Assembly (NCBI GenBank): GCA_964016885.1
Contig: OZ024746.1
Coordinates: forward strand, 6,572,001-6,636,000
DNA length: 64,000 nucleotides
Reading direction: 5' to 3'
DNA from: Eledone cirrhosa
Taxonomy: Eukaryota
Positions within the stretch are counted from its first letter, which is position 1, and each line of letters starts with the position of its first letter. Below, in pieces: positions 1-11,571 of the stretch. The notes beneath the pieces are model-generated. The model was not told where the DNA came from and searched no databases. It saw nothing but the letters and a program-made list of their open reading frames with translations. The position numbers and the translations under genes are program-made.

Positions 1-391
1 AAATGTGTCGTTAAGAAATAGAAATTTAGTAAAATATATTCTGCCCACAAAGAGAGCTATAGTCAAAAGCTATTTATATCAAACACAATGACTGAATCAG
101 AAAACATTACTATTATATATATATGTGTGTGTGTGTGTGAGTGTGTGGGTGTGTAATATTCAAAATATTAATAAATGAGAAATATTATCATAACCAAAGT
201 ATAATATTTATAAATATTTATATTTGTTATATCTGTATATAAAAAGTTAAGTATTGATTAAAACTAGAGTATGTAAGTTTTATTACATCTATTATTATTA
301 TTGTTATCATTATTATTATTGTTGTTGTTGTTGTTGTTATTACTATTATCATTATTATTAAAATAAAGAAATCATTATTATTATTATTATT

Positions 392-2705
392 ACAGTTGCA
401 TTTAGCTTGTTTTATGTTCATACTAATTATCACCAAGTCACAACCAGTCACTTCAAGAGACAACAAGGTCCGCCATGTTCAAGAAAGAACATACATACAC
501 ACGCATGCATCTTTAGGTGTTTAGACTTGTGATGTACTTATATTGACAGAATCTTCCTTAGTATATGGGCAGTTCCCATTAGCACTATTTTTTGTATTTC
601 TCCTATACGCGGGTTTCCTGGGATTTGCGATAAGTAATCATTAGACCTCTTAGGTATCATTCCTAGAGCGCCTACAACCACTGGTATTGTTTTAGTTCTC
701 AATTTCCACACTTTTCCAATTTCTATCTCCAGGTCCTTATACTTGCTCAATTTTTCAAATGTTTTTATAGATACATTCTTGTCTGTTGGAACGGACATAT
801 CAATTAGCAGGCATACCCTCTTTTTAAAGTCCTTCAGTATTATATCAGGTCTATTTACATCTATTTTTCGGTCTGTTTGAATGCTAAAGTTCCACAAGAT
901 TGAGATGTGATCTTTTTCAAGTATGGGAGGTGGTTGATGCTCCCACCAATTCTTTTGATGGGGCAGGTCAAAATGCTTACACATTATCCAATGTATGTAT
1001 TGTGCAGCTCTGTCATGCCTGTTTAGGTATTCGGTTGGAGCTATAGGACTGCACATTGAAATTATATGATCAATGGTCTCTGGTTGTTTTTTACATACAC
1101 GGCATAATGGGTTGCATCCATTTTTTATTATGTTGGCTTGGTAATTTTTTGTTGGCAGACACTGATCTTGTGCTGATATAATCAGTCCTTCAGTCCCAGA
1201 TTTCAGTCCAGAGGATGCCAACTACTGATGGGTTAAAGTTTGGTCAACATCAGGATTGTTAGCTCTTTCTGGGTATTTTCCATACAGAGGCTTTTCTTGC
1301 CATTTCTTAGCCAGTTTCTGTAGCAGTTCTTTCTTTGAAGTTACTTTTACCTGCTTTGCTTTTTCTGTGTTTTCCATTTCAGCAGTAAATGGGACTTCTG
1401 AAATTTGTAGCCCATTACTGTATCTTTGTGCATCTTTTGAAATGGAATATGATCTTTAGATGCTTAAGTGTTTCAAAACGAGTTTGATCATCCAATCATG
1501 TGCCTCCCTTAGATATGTAGATAATCCAATTGTTGCAGTTTTCAACGCAATATCTAACTGGATTAACCCACGTCCTCCTTCTTTCCTAGGGAGATATATT
1601 CTATCTGTATCTGCCTTAGGGTGATGTATTCTGTGCATGGTTAAGAATTTTCTAATTTTTGTATCGAGCCTACGGATCTCTGTGCTTGACCGGTTGATGA
1701 CATTGTAACTGTAGGTTACTACTGGTATGGCAAGCGTGTTTATGGCATCGATCCTATTCCTTGCATTCAATTCCGTTCTTAAGATTGCTCTTACTCTGCG
1801 GTAACATTCCTTCCTTATCCTTTCCCTCATTGTCGAATTTTTGATTCCGCCTCCTTAACAAACACCTAGATATTTGTAAGTTTCCTCTTGGTTAAGTTCT
1901 CTTATCACATTCCGCCGATCAAGATTAATGTCTGAACTTTTCAGCAATTTTCCTCTGGTGAACGTTGCTTTGGCGCATTTATCTAGTCCAAACTCCATTT
2001 TAATGTCATCACTGAATTACTTCACAGTGAATAATAGCCCTTGCAATTGTTCATCATTTTTTGCAAATAGTTTCAGGTCATCCATGTAGAACAAGTGATT
2101 AATGGTTTTGTCATAGACTTTATATCCATGTTTTGTTTCATTGAGCATTTTACTTAATGGCATAAGTGCGATGCAGAATAAAAGCGCTGATAAAGAGTCA
2201 CCCTGAAAAGTTCCACAATTAATATTAACTTCTCCAGCTTCCAGTGATTTCTTTTCACTATTCAAAAGGAGTGTCGTTTTCTATGTCTTCATACTGAATG
2301 ACAGGAACCTCCTGACAACGGGAGATATTTTGAAAATCTCTAAACATTTTTCAATCCAACTGTATGGCAAACTATCGAATGCTTTTTTGTAATCTATCCA
2401 AGCAATTGATAGATTTTTGTGTCTATTATGACAATCTTCCAGTATCATTTTGTTAACCAAAAGCTGATGTTTACACCCATATGAGCCTCGTTTACACCCT
2501 TTCTGCTCATTGGGAAATAGATCATTTGTTATAAGGTGATCAATATGTATATTCAGTTAGGATTGATGTTAAAATGTTATACATTGTGGTCAAGCAAGTT
2601 ATCGGTCTGTAATTTGGGGGATTGTTTGTCTCATCATTCTTCGGAAGTAGGAATGTAATGCCGTTAACTAGCCATGATGGTATCTTTTCTGGCTCCTTAT
2701 TTAAC
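392..2705 (-). mobile_element. Decayed, 5'-truncated R4/Dong-type non-LTR retrotransposon (RT, CCHC knuckle, restriction-like endonuclease)
   Basis: Broken ORFs read NYRPITCL, AWIDYKKAFDS, FQGDSLS, NHLFYMDDLKL, YKYLG, CRVC..ETIDHI.S.C, RPDI and KYKDLEIEI..W...IPVVVGALG. The 3' UTR ends in an (AAT)n tail at about 374-391. Confidence 0.88.
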
Positions 2706-3299
2706 TGGAAAGTTTGTTGAAATGAATATCAAGCCGCTACCTGCAGCCTCAGATATTCAGGACGTATCGGAGGGTTCTTGCTGTTCCCAGCAAGCATGCC
2801 TTTTGAAGTGTTCCAAAAAGCGGGACTGGACTACTCTTCTTTAACCATCCTTGGAAACTCTTTGAGATAGTCCCTAGTGCGCCTATGACAATCGGGACGA
2901 CCTTGACTTCATGGCAGTTCCAAATCCTTTTTACCTCCCACTTTAAGTCCTGGTATCGGTTAATTTTCTCCCTCTCCTTTTCTTGTACTCTCGTGTCAAA
3001 TGGGCAGGCTACATCTACAATCAGGCACGATCTTTTTTCCTTGTCCAAAAGCACCAGGTCAGGCCTATTGTGTCCTAATTTTTTGTCCGTCTGTATCCTA
3101 AAATCCCACAGCACCTTCACCTGATCGTTTTCTATCACCGACTCTGGCTTATGCTCATACCACTTCTCAGAATGTGGTAAATTGTTTACCTTGCATAGGT
3201 GCCAGTGGATCACCCTGCCCATCTCATCATGTCTCCAGCCTTTATAGTGAGTCTGGGCTAGGTGTTTAGACTCGGATACAATGTGAGCAACAGACTGAG
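2706..3299 (-). mobile_element. 3' fragment of a second R4/Dong-type family (RLE domain and short 3' UTR)
   Basis: ORF 2749-3222 reads RHD..GRVIHW, WDFRIQTD, NRPDLV, IVDVACPFD, RYQDLKWE, PIVIGALG. It is preceded on its own strand by about 12 TAA repeats (3300-3336). Confidence 0.85.
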
Positions 3300-3337
<38 letters not shown>

Positions 3338-5419
3338 GTTATGAACGTAACTGCAGACTTGCCACTTTAAAAGGAAAAAAACAATACATTATAAGTTAAA
3401 TATCTTTCACTAAAAGATTTTCTTTTTTTTACAATGATATTTGAATTCATTATATATAATTTTAAGTTTAGTCAGTGTTGTAAAATTATTTTTGAAAGGT
3501 GAATTCTTACGTATTAATAAAGATATATACAATATTTTAATTGAAAACGAGTGGAATCTTTTATATATAATATATTTTTGTGAAAATTATATTTTATTCG
3601 CTATTATATCATGTAGGTTACAACATATATGTTTTTCTAATCTGATATATGCGTTACTGACTTTGATTTGAAGCAATGTTTATATATTGTAATTGCTCAT
3701 TTTTGTTTACAGATATTGGTGTATATTATTACTTGAGAACAGTTAAAGAAATTCAGAACTAGTTAATATTAATCAGTTCAGTAATATCTTATGAAAGTTA
3801 TTTATTATATAATTGGCTTTATTCCTATGATTCCCACACTCAATACGTGTTTGAACTATACGATAAAGAACAACTAATAACTAGAAAATATATTTGTATT
3901 GATTTCTGTTTCAAATTCGTAGGTAAAGATGGAAGAAACACATAGGTAATTACTTTCACATTATATAACATTAAACGATGATGATGATGATGACTGCTGA
4001 ATGGACAATATTAAAGAAAATATCTGCCTTTACTTTAGAAGAGATCTATGAATTAATTCTGAGCGCACATAAAAGCTAGGTTATTGTAAAATTATCATCT
4101 TCTAATACAATGTATTTCATATACACCGGAGGATGGAATTGAAGTTACCAAATTAGTGTAAAATGAATGGTATTTCAAATATTAATGAAATAAGTATAAC
4201 ATTTTATATACGTACACCATATTTGTTGTATTAATATAGTATATCTGAACTTGTTTCTTTTATTCTACGTATATTATCGTGTAGATAAGAATATACCCAG
4301 TTGTTAGGAGAAGGGTCAAAATACAAACCATATTTAGAATGTTGATTTGTAGTTCAGCGAATGACTTTCATTTAGTTTTGCCATTTTATACAAAATAATC
4401 AACTCTGTTCATACGGATGAATTACTGATGCTATGCTTAGTGTCATGAAAACCTTTATATTAGCAGATTTTATAAACATTGACCATTTTCATTTAATGTC
4501 ACCATTATTTTAAAGAGATTCAGTGAGATTTAATACTTCTTTTTGATAAAATATTTCCATTGTTTCGTAAATATAGTTTGGCTGAAATTATCCATTCTTT
4601 ACTGTTAAATGAAAGCCTACGATGATTTAACTCTTCCTTAAATTTTCACAAGGCATTATATATATATTCTTTAACTAAAAAGACACAACGGACATTCTAT
4701 TGATTTATTTTTATCGCAGTGTTCCATTTTGTTCAGGAGGAAGATAAGTGTTTCCTGTACGGTGTTAAGATAGTAACTTTGCGGTTACAGGTTCGATCAC
4801 ATGGAATGGCACCTTAGCCACGTGACATTTAGAAAAACCTCAGGCTGATAAAAATAATGTTTATGAATGTTTGCAGGTGAAACTTTTCCAGAAGCCGGTC
4901 AGATTTACAACTCTTGTTTTGTGGTTGTAGATTTAATCCGTCATCCGATTTACTTTGGTCCTTGAGTGCTTTAACAAAGTCCCCGTTGTTGAAAATATTC
5001 AGACTAAACCTCCGATTGTGTATAAAACCTTCCATTTCCTCATAAGTCATAGATGAAGTATCCCAGGCATTGTCCTTTCTTCTCTTAGCAAGTCATTAAC
5101 AAACCCCAAACAGGGGAGAAATATGAAATACACTTCACAAGAGTAAGAAATGAAAAGTCACCTTGGTTTTATTACTTTTAATACTGCATAGAATATTTCT
5201 TAAACATATTCCCACTAAACTAATTCATGTTCGTATGTATTTTTAAATAGTGTCAAAAGATCATGTTTCTGGTGTGTAGATTACTTATTTAAGTGAAATA
5301 TCTTTTGTGGTTCAATCTCACAATAATTTCATTGGAATTGTTTTTAAGCTAGAATTATGACAACCATATTGATTCCACTATTACAGATTACACCTATATG
5401 ATATCTTCTTCTTCTTCTT

Positions 5420-5625
5420 CTTGAGAGGGTCGTTGCGGCAGAGTCCTCAAACACTTCTTCCAGCAGGTCCTGTCAGAAGCAACCGTCTCCAATTAATTCG
5501 GCAAGATCCCCAAGCAAGACCAGCCAAGTCGATGGATGTTAACCAACCATCTTGCTCAGGGTCTATCCCTGGTTCTCCTGCCAGTTGGTTCTGCCCATAA
5601 AATTTTAGGATATATCAATAAATAA
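5420..5625 (-). mobile_element. RTE-clade LINE 3' end fragment with (GAA)n tail
   Basis: Similar to the RTE 3' fragments at 39800-40220 and 46090-46330. It abuts (CTT)n on the plus strand. Confidence 0.6.
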
Positions 5626-6367
5626 AATTGCAACGTTTCACCAGAACATATGTCACCACTTTCAGCTATTTTCAAGAGCCTTAACATTTGTAGAGAAATA
5701 TTGTGGCAGTTTTTTTAATGGCAGTAAAATATACATAATAATGCTTGTAAGATAAATTACTATTATTTTATAAATAATCAATATGACTGAAAAAATATAA
5801 TTGTAAATTTGGTGTCAGTATGATTTATTTATGTTTCATTTAATAGTATTGAGATTTGCCAAATCTATGTGCGTGCTTAACATCCAAAACAACCTATATA
5901 ATATAATCAAAATATTATATATAGAATTAATTATATCTTATAACACCCTGGGGCCATTTCAGAAGCAAAATATTGCATAAAGTCAAAATGGATTTAAGCA
6001 GCACCTACGGCGGTTTTGGTATTCCAAACAAAATGTTGATGAATCTAAGCATTGTTAATGTTTATAACATTCAGTTTAAAAACGAATAGATAGCAACTAT
6101 ATATTAAACTGAATGAAATTCTCACGTACAGAAAAGGTTTCAATAATTTGTAACAAATATAAAGGAATATATGACCTGTCTTCAGCCATACAAATTTTCA
6201 ACAATTATTGTAATGCCCTAAAGAACAACAAATTCTATTATTAAATCCCATCAGAATGTCTGAAATCTACCAATAAAAATATACACAGAGACACACACAG
6301 ACACACACACAGACACCCATACACTCATACGCACGCAGACATACACTCACGCGCACGCACACACATA

Positions 6368-6482
6368 TAGGAAAAAGAAGTTGGAAATGCAATTGTAGTC
6401 TTTAAGAAAGATTATTTACAATAATTTATTGTAAATAAACCTTCTTGAAGACTACAATTGCATTACCAACTTCTTTTTGCTA
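6368..6482. repeat. About 115-bp imperfect palindrome (fold-back element)
   Basis: aaaaagaagttggaaatgcaattgtagtc... is mirrored by ...gactacaattgcattaccaacttcttttt. Confidence 0.85.
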
Positions 6483-6491
6483 CATTTTTAC

Positions 6492-6681
6492 GAACAAGTA
6501 AGACCCCGACGGCTGAGCTCAAGCCGTTTCGACGGCTAATTCTGAGTACAGAATTAGCCGTCGAAACGGCTTGAGCTCAGCCGTCGGGGTCTTACTTGTT
6601 CCTATTACCCACTCTACTACCCTAAGTATTGAGTACTTTGGTGCGTTATGGTCCACCTGGTTCCTTACCATATTTCCTTCG

Positions 6682-6683
<2 letters not shown>
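6492..6683 (+). mobile_element. About 190-bp palindromic half-hammerhead micro-element, copy 1
   Basis: Perfect 53-bp arms (6492-6544 and 6549-6601) plus a unique tail ending ccttcgtt(AT)n. Other copies at 31857, 40567 and 49252. Confidence 0.85.
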
Positions 6684-6732
<49 letters not shown>

Positions 6733-6746
6733 TTTTAATATAGATG

Positions 6747-6797
6747 AGATTCTACAGGACTAGAACTGTTTCATTCTTTAGAAATCATCAGGAATCT
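6747..6797 (-). ncRNA. Type I hammerhead ribozyme motif with intact core
   Basis: Minus strand reads AGAUUC-CUGAUGA-UUUCUAAAGAAU-GAA-ACAG-uucuaguc-CUGU-A-GAAUCU. Stem I is 6 bp, stem III is 4 bp, stem II is short, and the cleavage triplet is GUA. Confidence 0.8.
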
Positions 6798-7110
6798 GGG
6801 TATCAAATAATAAATAAAAAAAATAAATAAATAAATAAATAAATATATATATATATATATTTGAAAAAAAACGGAAAAGAATGACTTCACTTGTAGTTCT
6901 AAACAATTTGATTTAGTTTTAGAATATTATAATATTATGAGTTGTTAGATCTAGTAAGTTCTTTGTTAACTTCGGTGGGAAGAATTTTAAAGATTCCTGG
7001 TTAACTTTCCTGGAGAACTTTCTCGCATTCGTCGGTGGCGATTGTCACTCAGTTTAACAATCGCCACCGACGAATACGAGAAAATTCTGTACCAAGAATC
7101 TCACACATTT

Positions 7111-7221
<111 letters not shown>

Positions 7222-7228
7222 GAGAGAA

Positions 7229-7408
7229 ATGGCTTCTACAGAACTGTTTCATTCGCGAGAAATCATCAGAAAATCAGGGCTTTCCCGATGGTTTCTCCCG
7301 AAGGAAACAGTTCTAGTCCTGTAGGAGCCATTTCTATATTAAATATTTATACTCTGCTATGTATTGAGTACCTTACTTACTGTGTTTACCCCCGATTGAA
7401 CCCGGGAT

Positions 7409-7410
<2 letters not shown>
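7229..7410. mobile_element. PLE pseudo-LTR-like fragment with two hammerhead motifs in opposite orientations
   Basis: Minus about 7231-7275: CUGAUGA-UUUC-ucgc-GAAU-GAAACAGuuCUGUA. Plus about 7279-7330: degenerate CCGAUGG...GAAACAGuucuagucCUGUA-GGAGCC. Same family as 6747-6797. Confidence 0.65.
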
Positions 7411-7493
<83 letters not shown>

Positions 7494-7861
7494 TATATAT
7501 ATATAATTCTGAGAGACTTATGATGGACTTATAATACTATAATACTATCATTCACAAGTCTGAGCCAACCGTGGCATACATGTGTATACTAAAGCATGCA
7601 GTGATGTCTAATTTGGAACCAGATGATTCCACAATGGACTTCTTAACCACATTACCATACATTTTCTATTGAAAATAAACATTATCAACTTTGAATATCA
7701 TCAGTACATATTAGATTACATACACGAATAAATATAAAAATATTGCTTTAGTACAAATCGACAGCGAAATCTCAAAGACAAATTTTACTCACACATATTT
7801 TTATGGGTAATATTTATATATAATATCTGACGTCGCTGGATTGGTGGAATTGGTAGAGCAT

Positions 7862-8153
7862 CTATGGCTGGATATAATGGGGGGGGGCAAAGGAGGCAAT
7901 TTTCCCAGGCCCTCTGCAGTGGGGGCCCCACGAGCGACGGCTATAGTAATTTATTTATGCCCTCAGCTGGGCATTTTTGTTTTAGGATGGTTAGAATTTT
8001 TGAATTTAATACCTGTATCTATAACTTTTCAATTCCAGTTACTTGCGTCATACTGTGATATGTAAAATTGGGGGGTTTGCTGTATATTCTATTTTTTTAT
8101 GTATTAAGGGGTCTCCAAACCTGAAGGGCCCTCAAGTTCTAAATCTAACCCTG
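7862..8153. mobile_element. Possible hAT-type MITE
   Basis: GC-rich ends. The right end ...tctaaatctaaccctg is a degenerate inverted match to the left end, and GGGCCC motifs lie near both ends. Confidence 0.4.
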
Positions 8154-8347
8154 AGAACTTCGCAGAATTTGTTTCAGCTCTCAACATTTTAAGTTAAAAT
8201 CCCACTGAGGTAAAATTTGCCTTTTATCCTTCCAGAGCCGAAAGAAATTTATTAATGAAATATTCGGGTTGATTAAATCAACTTTGTCACTTCCACAAAT
8301 TCCTTGGCCGTGTGCCTCACTTAGAAATCAATAATACTTGTACTTAC

Positions 8348-8442
8348 CTCCCAGGTTATATGCAATTGGCCAACCTTTCCACCACCACCACCAACGAACT
8401 TTGGAGCCACTTGAGGTCTAGAAGGCTCCATTGTATGTGACC
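8348..8442 (-). CDS. cntn: Contactin-like exon 10 of window: FN3-1/FN3-2 linker and start of FN3-2
   Basis: ttttag|GG...GAG|gtaagt, phase 1/0. Reads (R)SHTMEPSRPQVAPKFVGGGGGKVGQLHITWE, which contains the contactin-typical GGGGGK.G.L.I.W motif. Confidence 0.92.
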
Positions 8443-8547
8443 CTAAAATATAGAGAAATATATATAATATATTTTTCATTAATCTTCGGATTTTTAACTC
8501 GCTTTCTCTAGTTATTTCTTTCTTCTTCCTCTCTCGACACAGATGTA

Positions 8548-8819
8548 TACATACATTAATACATCCTTACATTCACACATACATTAATACATCCTTACAT
8601 TCACACATACATTCATACATCCTTACATTCACACATACATTCATACATCCTTACATTCAGACATACATTCATACATCCTTACATTCACACATACATTCAT
8701 ACATCCTTACATTCACACATACATTCATACATCCTTACATTCACACATACATTAATACATCCTTACATTCACACATACATACACACATACATACATACAT
8801 ACATACATACATACATACA

Positions 8820-8850
<31 letters not shown>
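8548..8850. repeat. 28-bp minisatellite (about 8 copies) running into (CATA)n
   Basis: Unit acattcacacatacattcatacatcctt. Confidence 0.9.
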
Positions 8851-8887
8851 TTACATATTTACACATATGCATACATATATATTCTTT

Positions 8888-9235
8888 TACTGGTCTCGTT
8901 CACACCAACCCCAGTAAAACAATGAGCAGACTTCTGGCGTCCTTGGCCCTAGGACCAGCTCCCCACTCACCAACATCGGCATGGTGTTGGCTAACCGCAA
9001 GTGTAGGCCTCGCGAGCTGAAATAGCTCTTCCAAAGCGTTCTCCTCACCATCCTCCGGGGAAACGCCTTCTCTATTCTGGGCCGCCATTTGCTTAATTGT
9101 GAGAGATGGGGAGAGCGAGAGAGACGGAGGCAGTGAGTGAAAGATAAGAAATAGATGTTTTTATTGTCCAAAGATGTTTAGCTATATATCTAAGTAGATA
9201 CCTCTCTGACTACACATACCAGGTTACATGTAACA
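8888..9235 (-). mobile_element. Possible LTR-retrotransposon 5' remnant (short LTR, PBS-like motif, start of ORF)
   Basis: Minus strand: TGTTAC, TATA-like motif, AATAAA, ...GCA, then AA-TGGCGGCCCAG followed by a GC-rich ORF. Confidence 0.35.
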
Positions 9236-9371
9236 TTAACAAGCGAGAAATAACAGCTCTCGTTACTCATTTATCATTATAAAAACCATTATTTTAATAT
9301 ATATCTAATGGAATATCTTGGAATATTTAGTAGCTAAGTATATCTTGGAATATTTAGTATCTAAGACAACG

Positions 9372-9640
9372 AACTGACAGAATCATTAGAACGTCGGATA
9401 GAATGCTTTGTGGTATTTATTCCGGCTCTCTACTCTCTGAGTTCAAATCCCATCGAGGTCAACTTTGACTTTCATCCATTGGCAGTCGATAAAAAAGTAC
9501 CAGTCAAGTAAGGGGTCGATTCTTCTTCTATATCTCTTTCTCACTTTCTATCCTTCTCTGGAATAAATATGTTGTCTTCCGATCTGTTAGTTAATATGGC
9601 ACCCTTCGGGAGTTACGCAACCATGAATGCGTCTTTAGTA
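9372..9640 (+). mobile_element. tRNA-derived SINE, family A
   Basis: B-box-like ctgagttcaaatccc followed by gaggtcaactttgactttcatcc...gtcgataaaaaagtaccagt, a sequence that recurs many times in the window. Confidence 0.75.
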
Positions 9641-10359
9641 TCCCAGATTACATATTTCCTTCACGTGTTAATAAAGTAAGTAGTGTTAGACCAGAATTTA
9701 ATAACTATACCTGAAGCAACTTGGCCATGTATCGAGTTAAAACTTAATATATAGGCTAAACTAGTGACAGTAATATTTTATTAATATTTATTCAAGCTTT
9801 TGAAGTTTATTTGACCATCGTAATTGAAAAAGAGTAATAAAATTCTGAAAATTCCCAAAGGTACAGGAAAATAAATATATTCAATATCTCGGCTCTGTAT
9901 GAACCGAAGTGTTGAAGAATGTCATTGATTGTGTAAACAATTATCTCAACCAAGCTGAAATTTACAGAAACTCACATCGTAACGAGCTGATTTTGTTTGA
10001 CAAACACTGTATAATACTGAAACCATTCGGTAAACAGCTAAAAGCTGTAAATTTTGAATGTTTTTAATTAATAAACTAGTGAAGTTTTAATTAAGTTAGA
10101 TGTGTTTAAAATGCAAGTTTTCGATCACATGAAAAAACTGTAATCTTCGTATTTAGTTAATGTTTAATCGAATAAATTTGCTAGCAAGTTTGTTTGTTTT
10201 TTATGGATCGGAAGTTATTTGATGGTATTCGTGCTTTTAACTTCCTTTCTCTCAAAGATACTTAGTAATATTTACCTAGTTAAAAAACCAACATTTCTAT
10301 ATCGGTATCTACTATAAATCTTTATTTGTGTGTGTATGTGTGTGTGTGACATGTATGCA

Positions 10360-10617
10360 GGTTTAGCTGACCTCCTCCAGGGTATATCTCGTTGGAGGTG
10401 TCTTGGGTGATTTAATGATAGGGACCCCTGTCCTATCATCTCATTTCTACAGCTGAGTAAACTGGAGCAACGTGAAATAAAGTGTCTTGCTCAAAAAAAC
10501 AACACATTTCCCGGTCCGAGAATTGAATTCACAACCTTTCGATTGCAAGCCCAATGCTTTAACCACTAAGCCATGCGCCTGTGTAGGCGCATGGTTTAGT
10601 GGTTAGAGCATTGGGCG
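10360..10617 (-). mobile_element. tRNA-derived SINE, family B, with a short inverted duplication of its head
   Basis: Head ggcgcatggcttagtggtt and core ttgagcaagacactttatttcacgttgctccag on the minus strand. 10585-10617 mirrors 10548-10580. Confidence 0.75.
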
Positions 10618-10689
10618 TATTTATTTTATGTGTAATGAACAAAATGATAATGTTTTATGTCATGTCTACTATCGAAAGCAGTAACTTAC

Positions 10690-10830
10690 TTGATGTTAGA
10701 CTGACTTTTCCAACTCCGTTTATATTAATAGCAGAAACACGAAAAACATAGGTAGCATTCGGTATTAATCCAACCAGGTTTGCGTATCGGAATTGAGAGT
10801 TTTCCTTCAATGTTGAGGATTCTGTGATAG
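10690..10830 (-). CDS. cntn: Contactin-like exon 9: C-half of FN3-1
   Basis: tttttag|CT...A|gtaagt, phase 1/1. Reads (S)ITESSTLKENSQFRYANLVGLIPNATYVFRVSAININGVGKVSLTS, with the FN3 motif L.P...Y.FRV.A.N..G.G. Confidence 0.92.
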
Positions 10831-10899
10831 CTAAAAAATATCAAATATTCATATGTTACATAGTGAATACACCAACAACAAATTGTTATTTATTTATAT

Positions 10900-11185
10900 C
10901 TCAGACCCCCATCGGTCACTAATGACCATGGTGTTGCACCTAGAAAGTTCCCCTCGGTAGCACAAACCTGGGCAAGTTTTGTTTAGGGAAGACCAGCAGT
11001 CGCCCATGCATACCAGTCTCTCCTCTCTATGTCACTGATGCTGTCCAAGGGAAAGGCAATGGCCGATACAGCTTGGCACTGGTAACATCGCAACTCATTT
11101 CTACAGCTGAGTGAACTGGAAAATCGAACTCACTACCTCTCAATTGCAAATCCAATGCTCTAATCATTAAGCCATGCGCCTTCAC
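10900..11185 (-). mobile_element. tRNA-derived SINE, family B, long form
   Basis: Matches the copy at 50570-51045 (gaccatgg...aagttcccctc...gaccagcagtc...catgcatacca). Confidence 0.75.
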
Positions 11186-11571
11186 GTTATTTAAATTTGT
11201 TTTTTCTAATTATATACACCTACTTCAGGTATCGTTTTCACATAAAGTCTTCTTGATTTAATTAACAATATTAATAGGATCTAAATTTAATTACAAAAGG
11301 GTATCAGCTTAGCTTGTTTGAAAATCCTTGTCAGTACTAATCAGGTATTGAGGGTGTTTATCACAAAACATGTTGTCTCTAATAACAATTGTAATTTCTA
11401 ATAACAATTGTAATTTCAAAAATGTAATTTCCTCATTTTGAAAATCAGTGTATTTATGAAATAAAACTCATGAACAGTGACTGTGCAGTAATATTAGTAT
11501 AAGTTATCCATACTAAAATAAAATATTTAAGAAATATGAAATAATTAATGTGTAGATACGCTTTCTTTATT

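Noticed and set aside
4829-5050. 73-aa minus-strand ORF as an exon or transposase
   Set aside because: No recognisable motif and no fitting splice sites.
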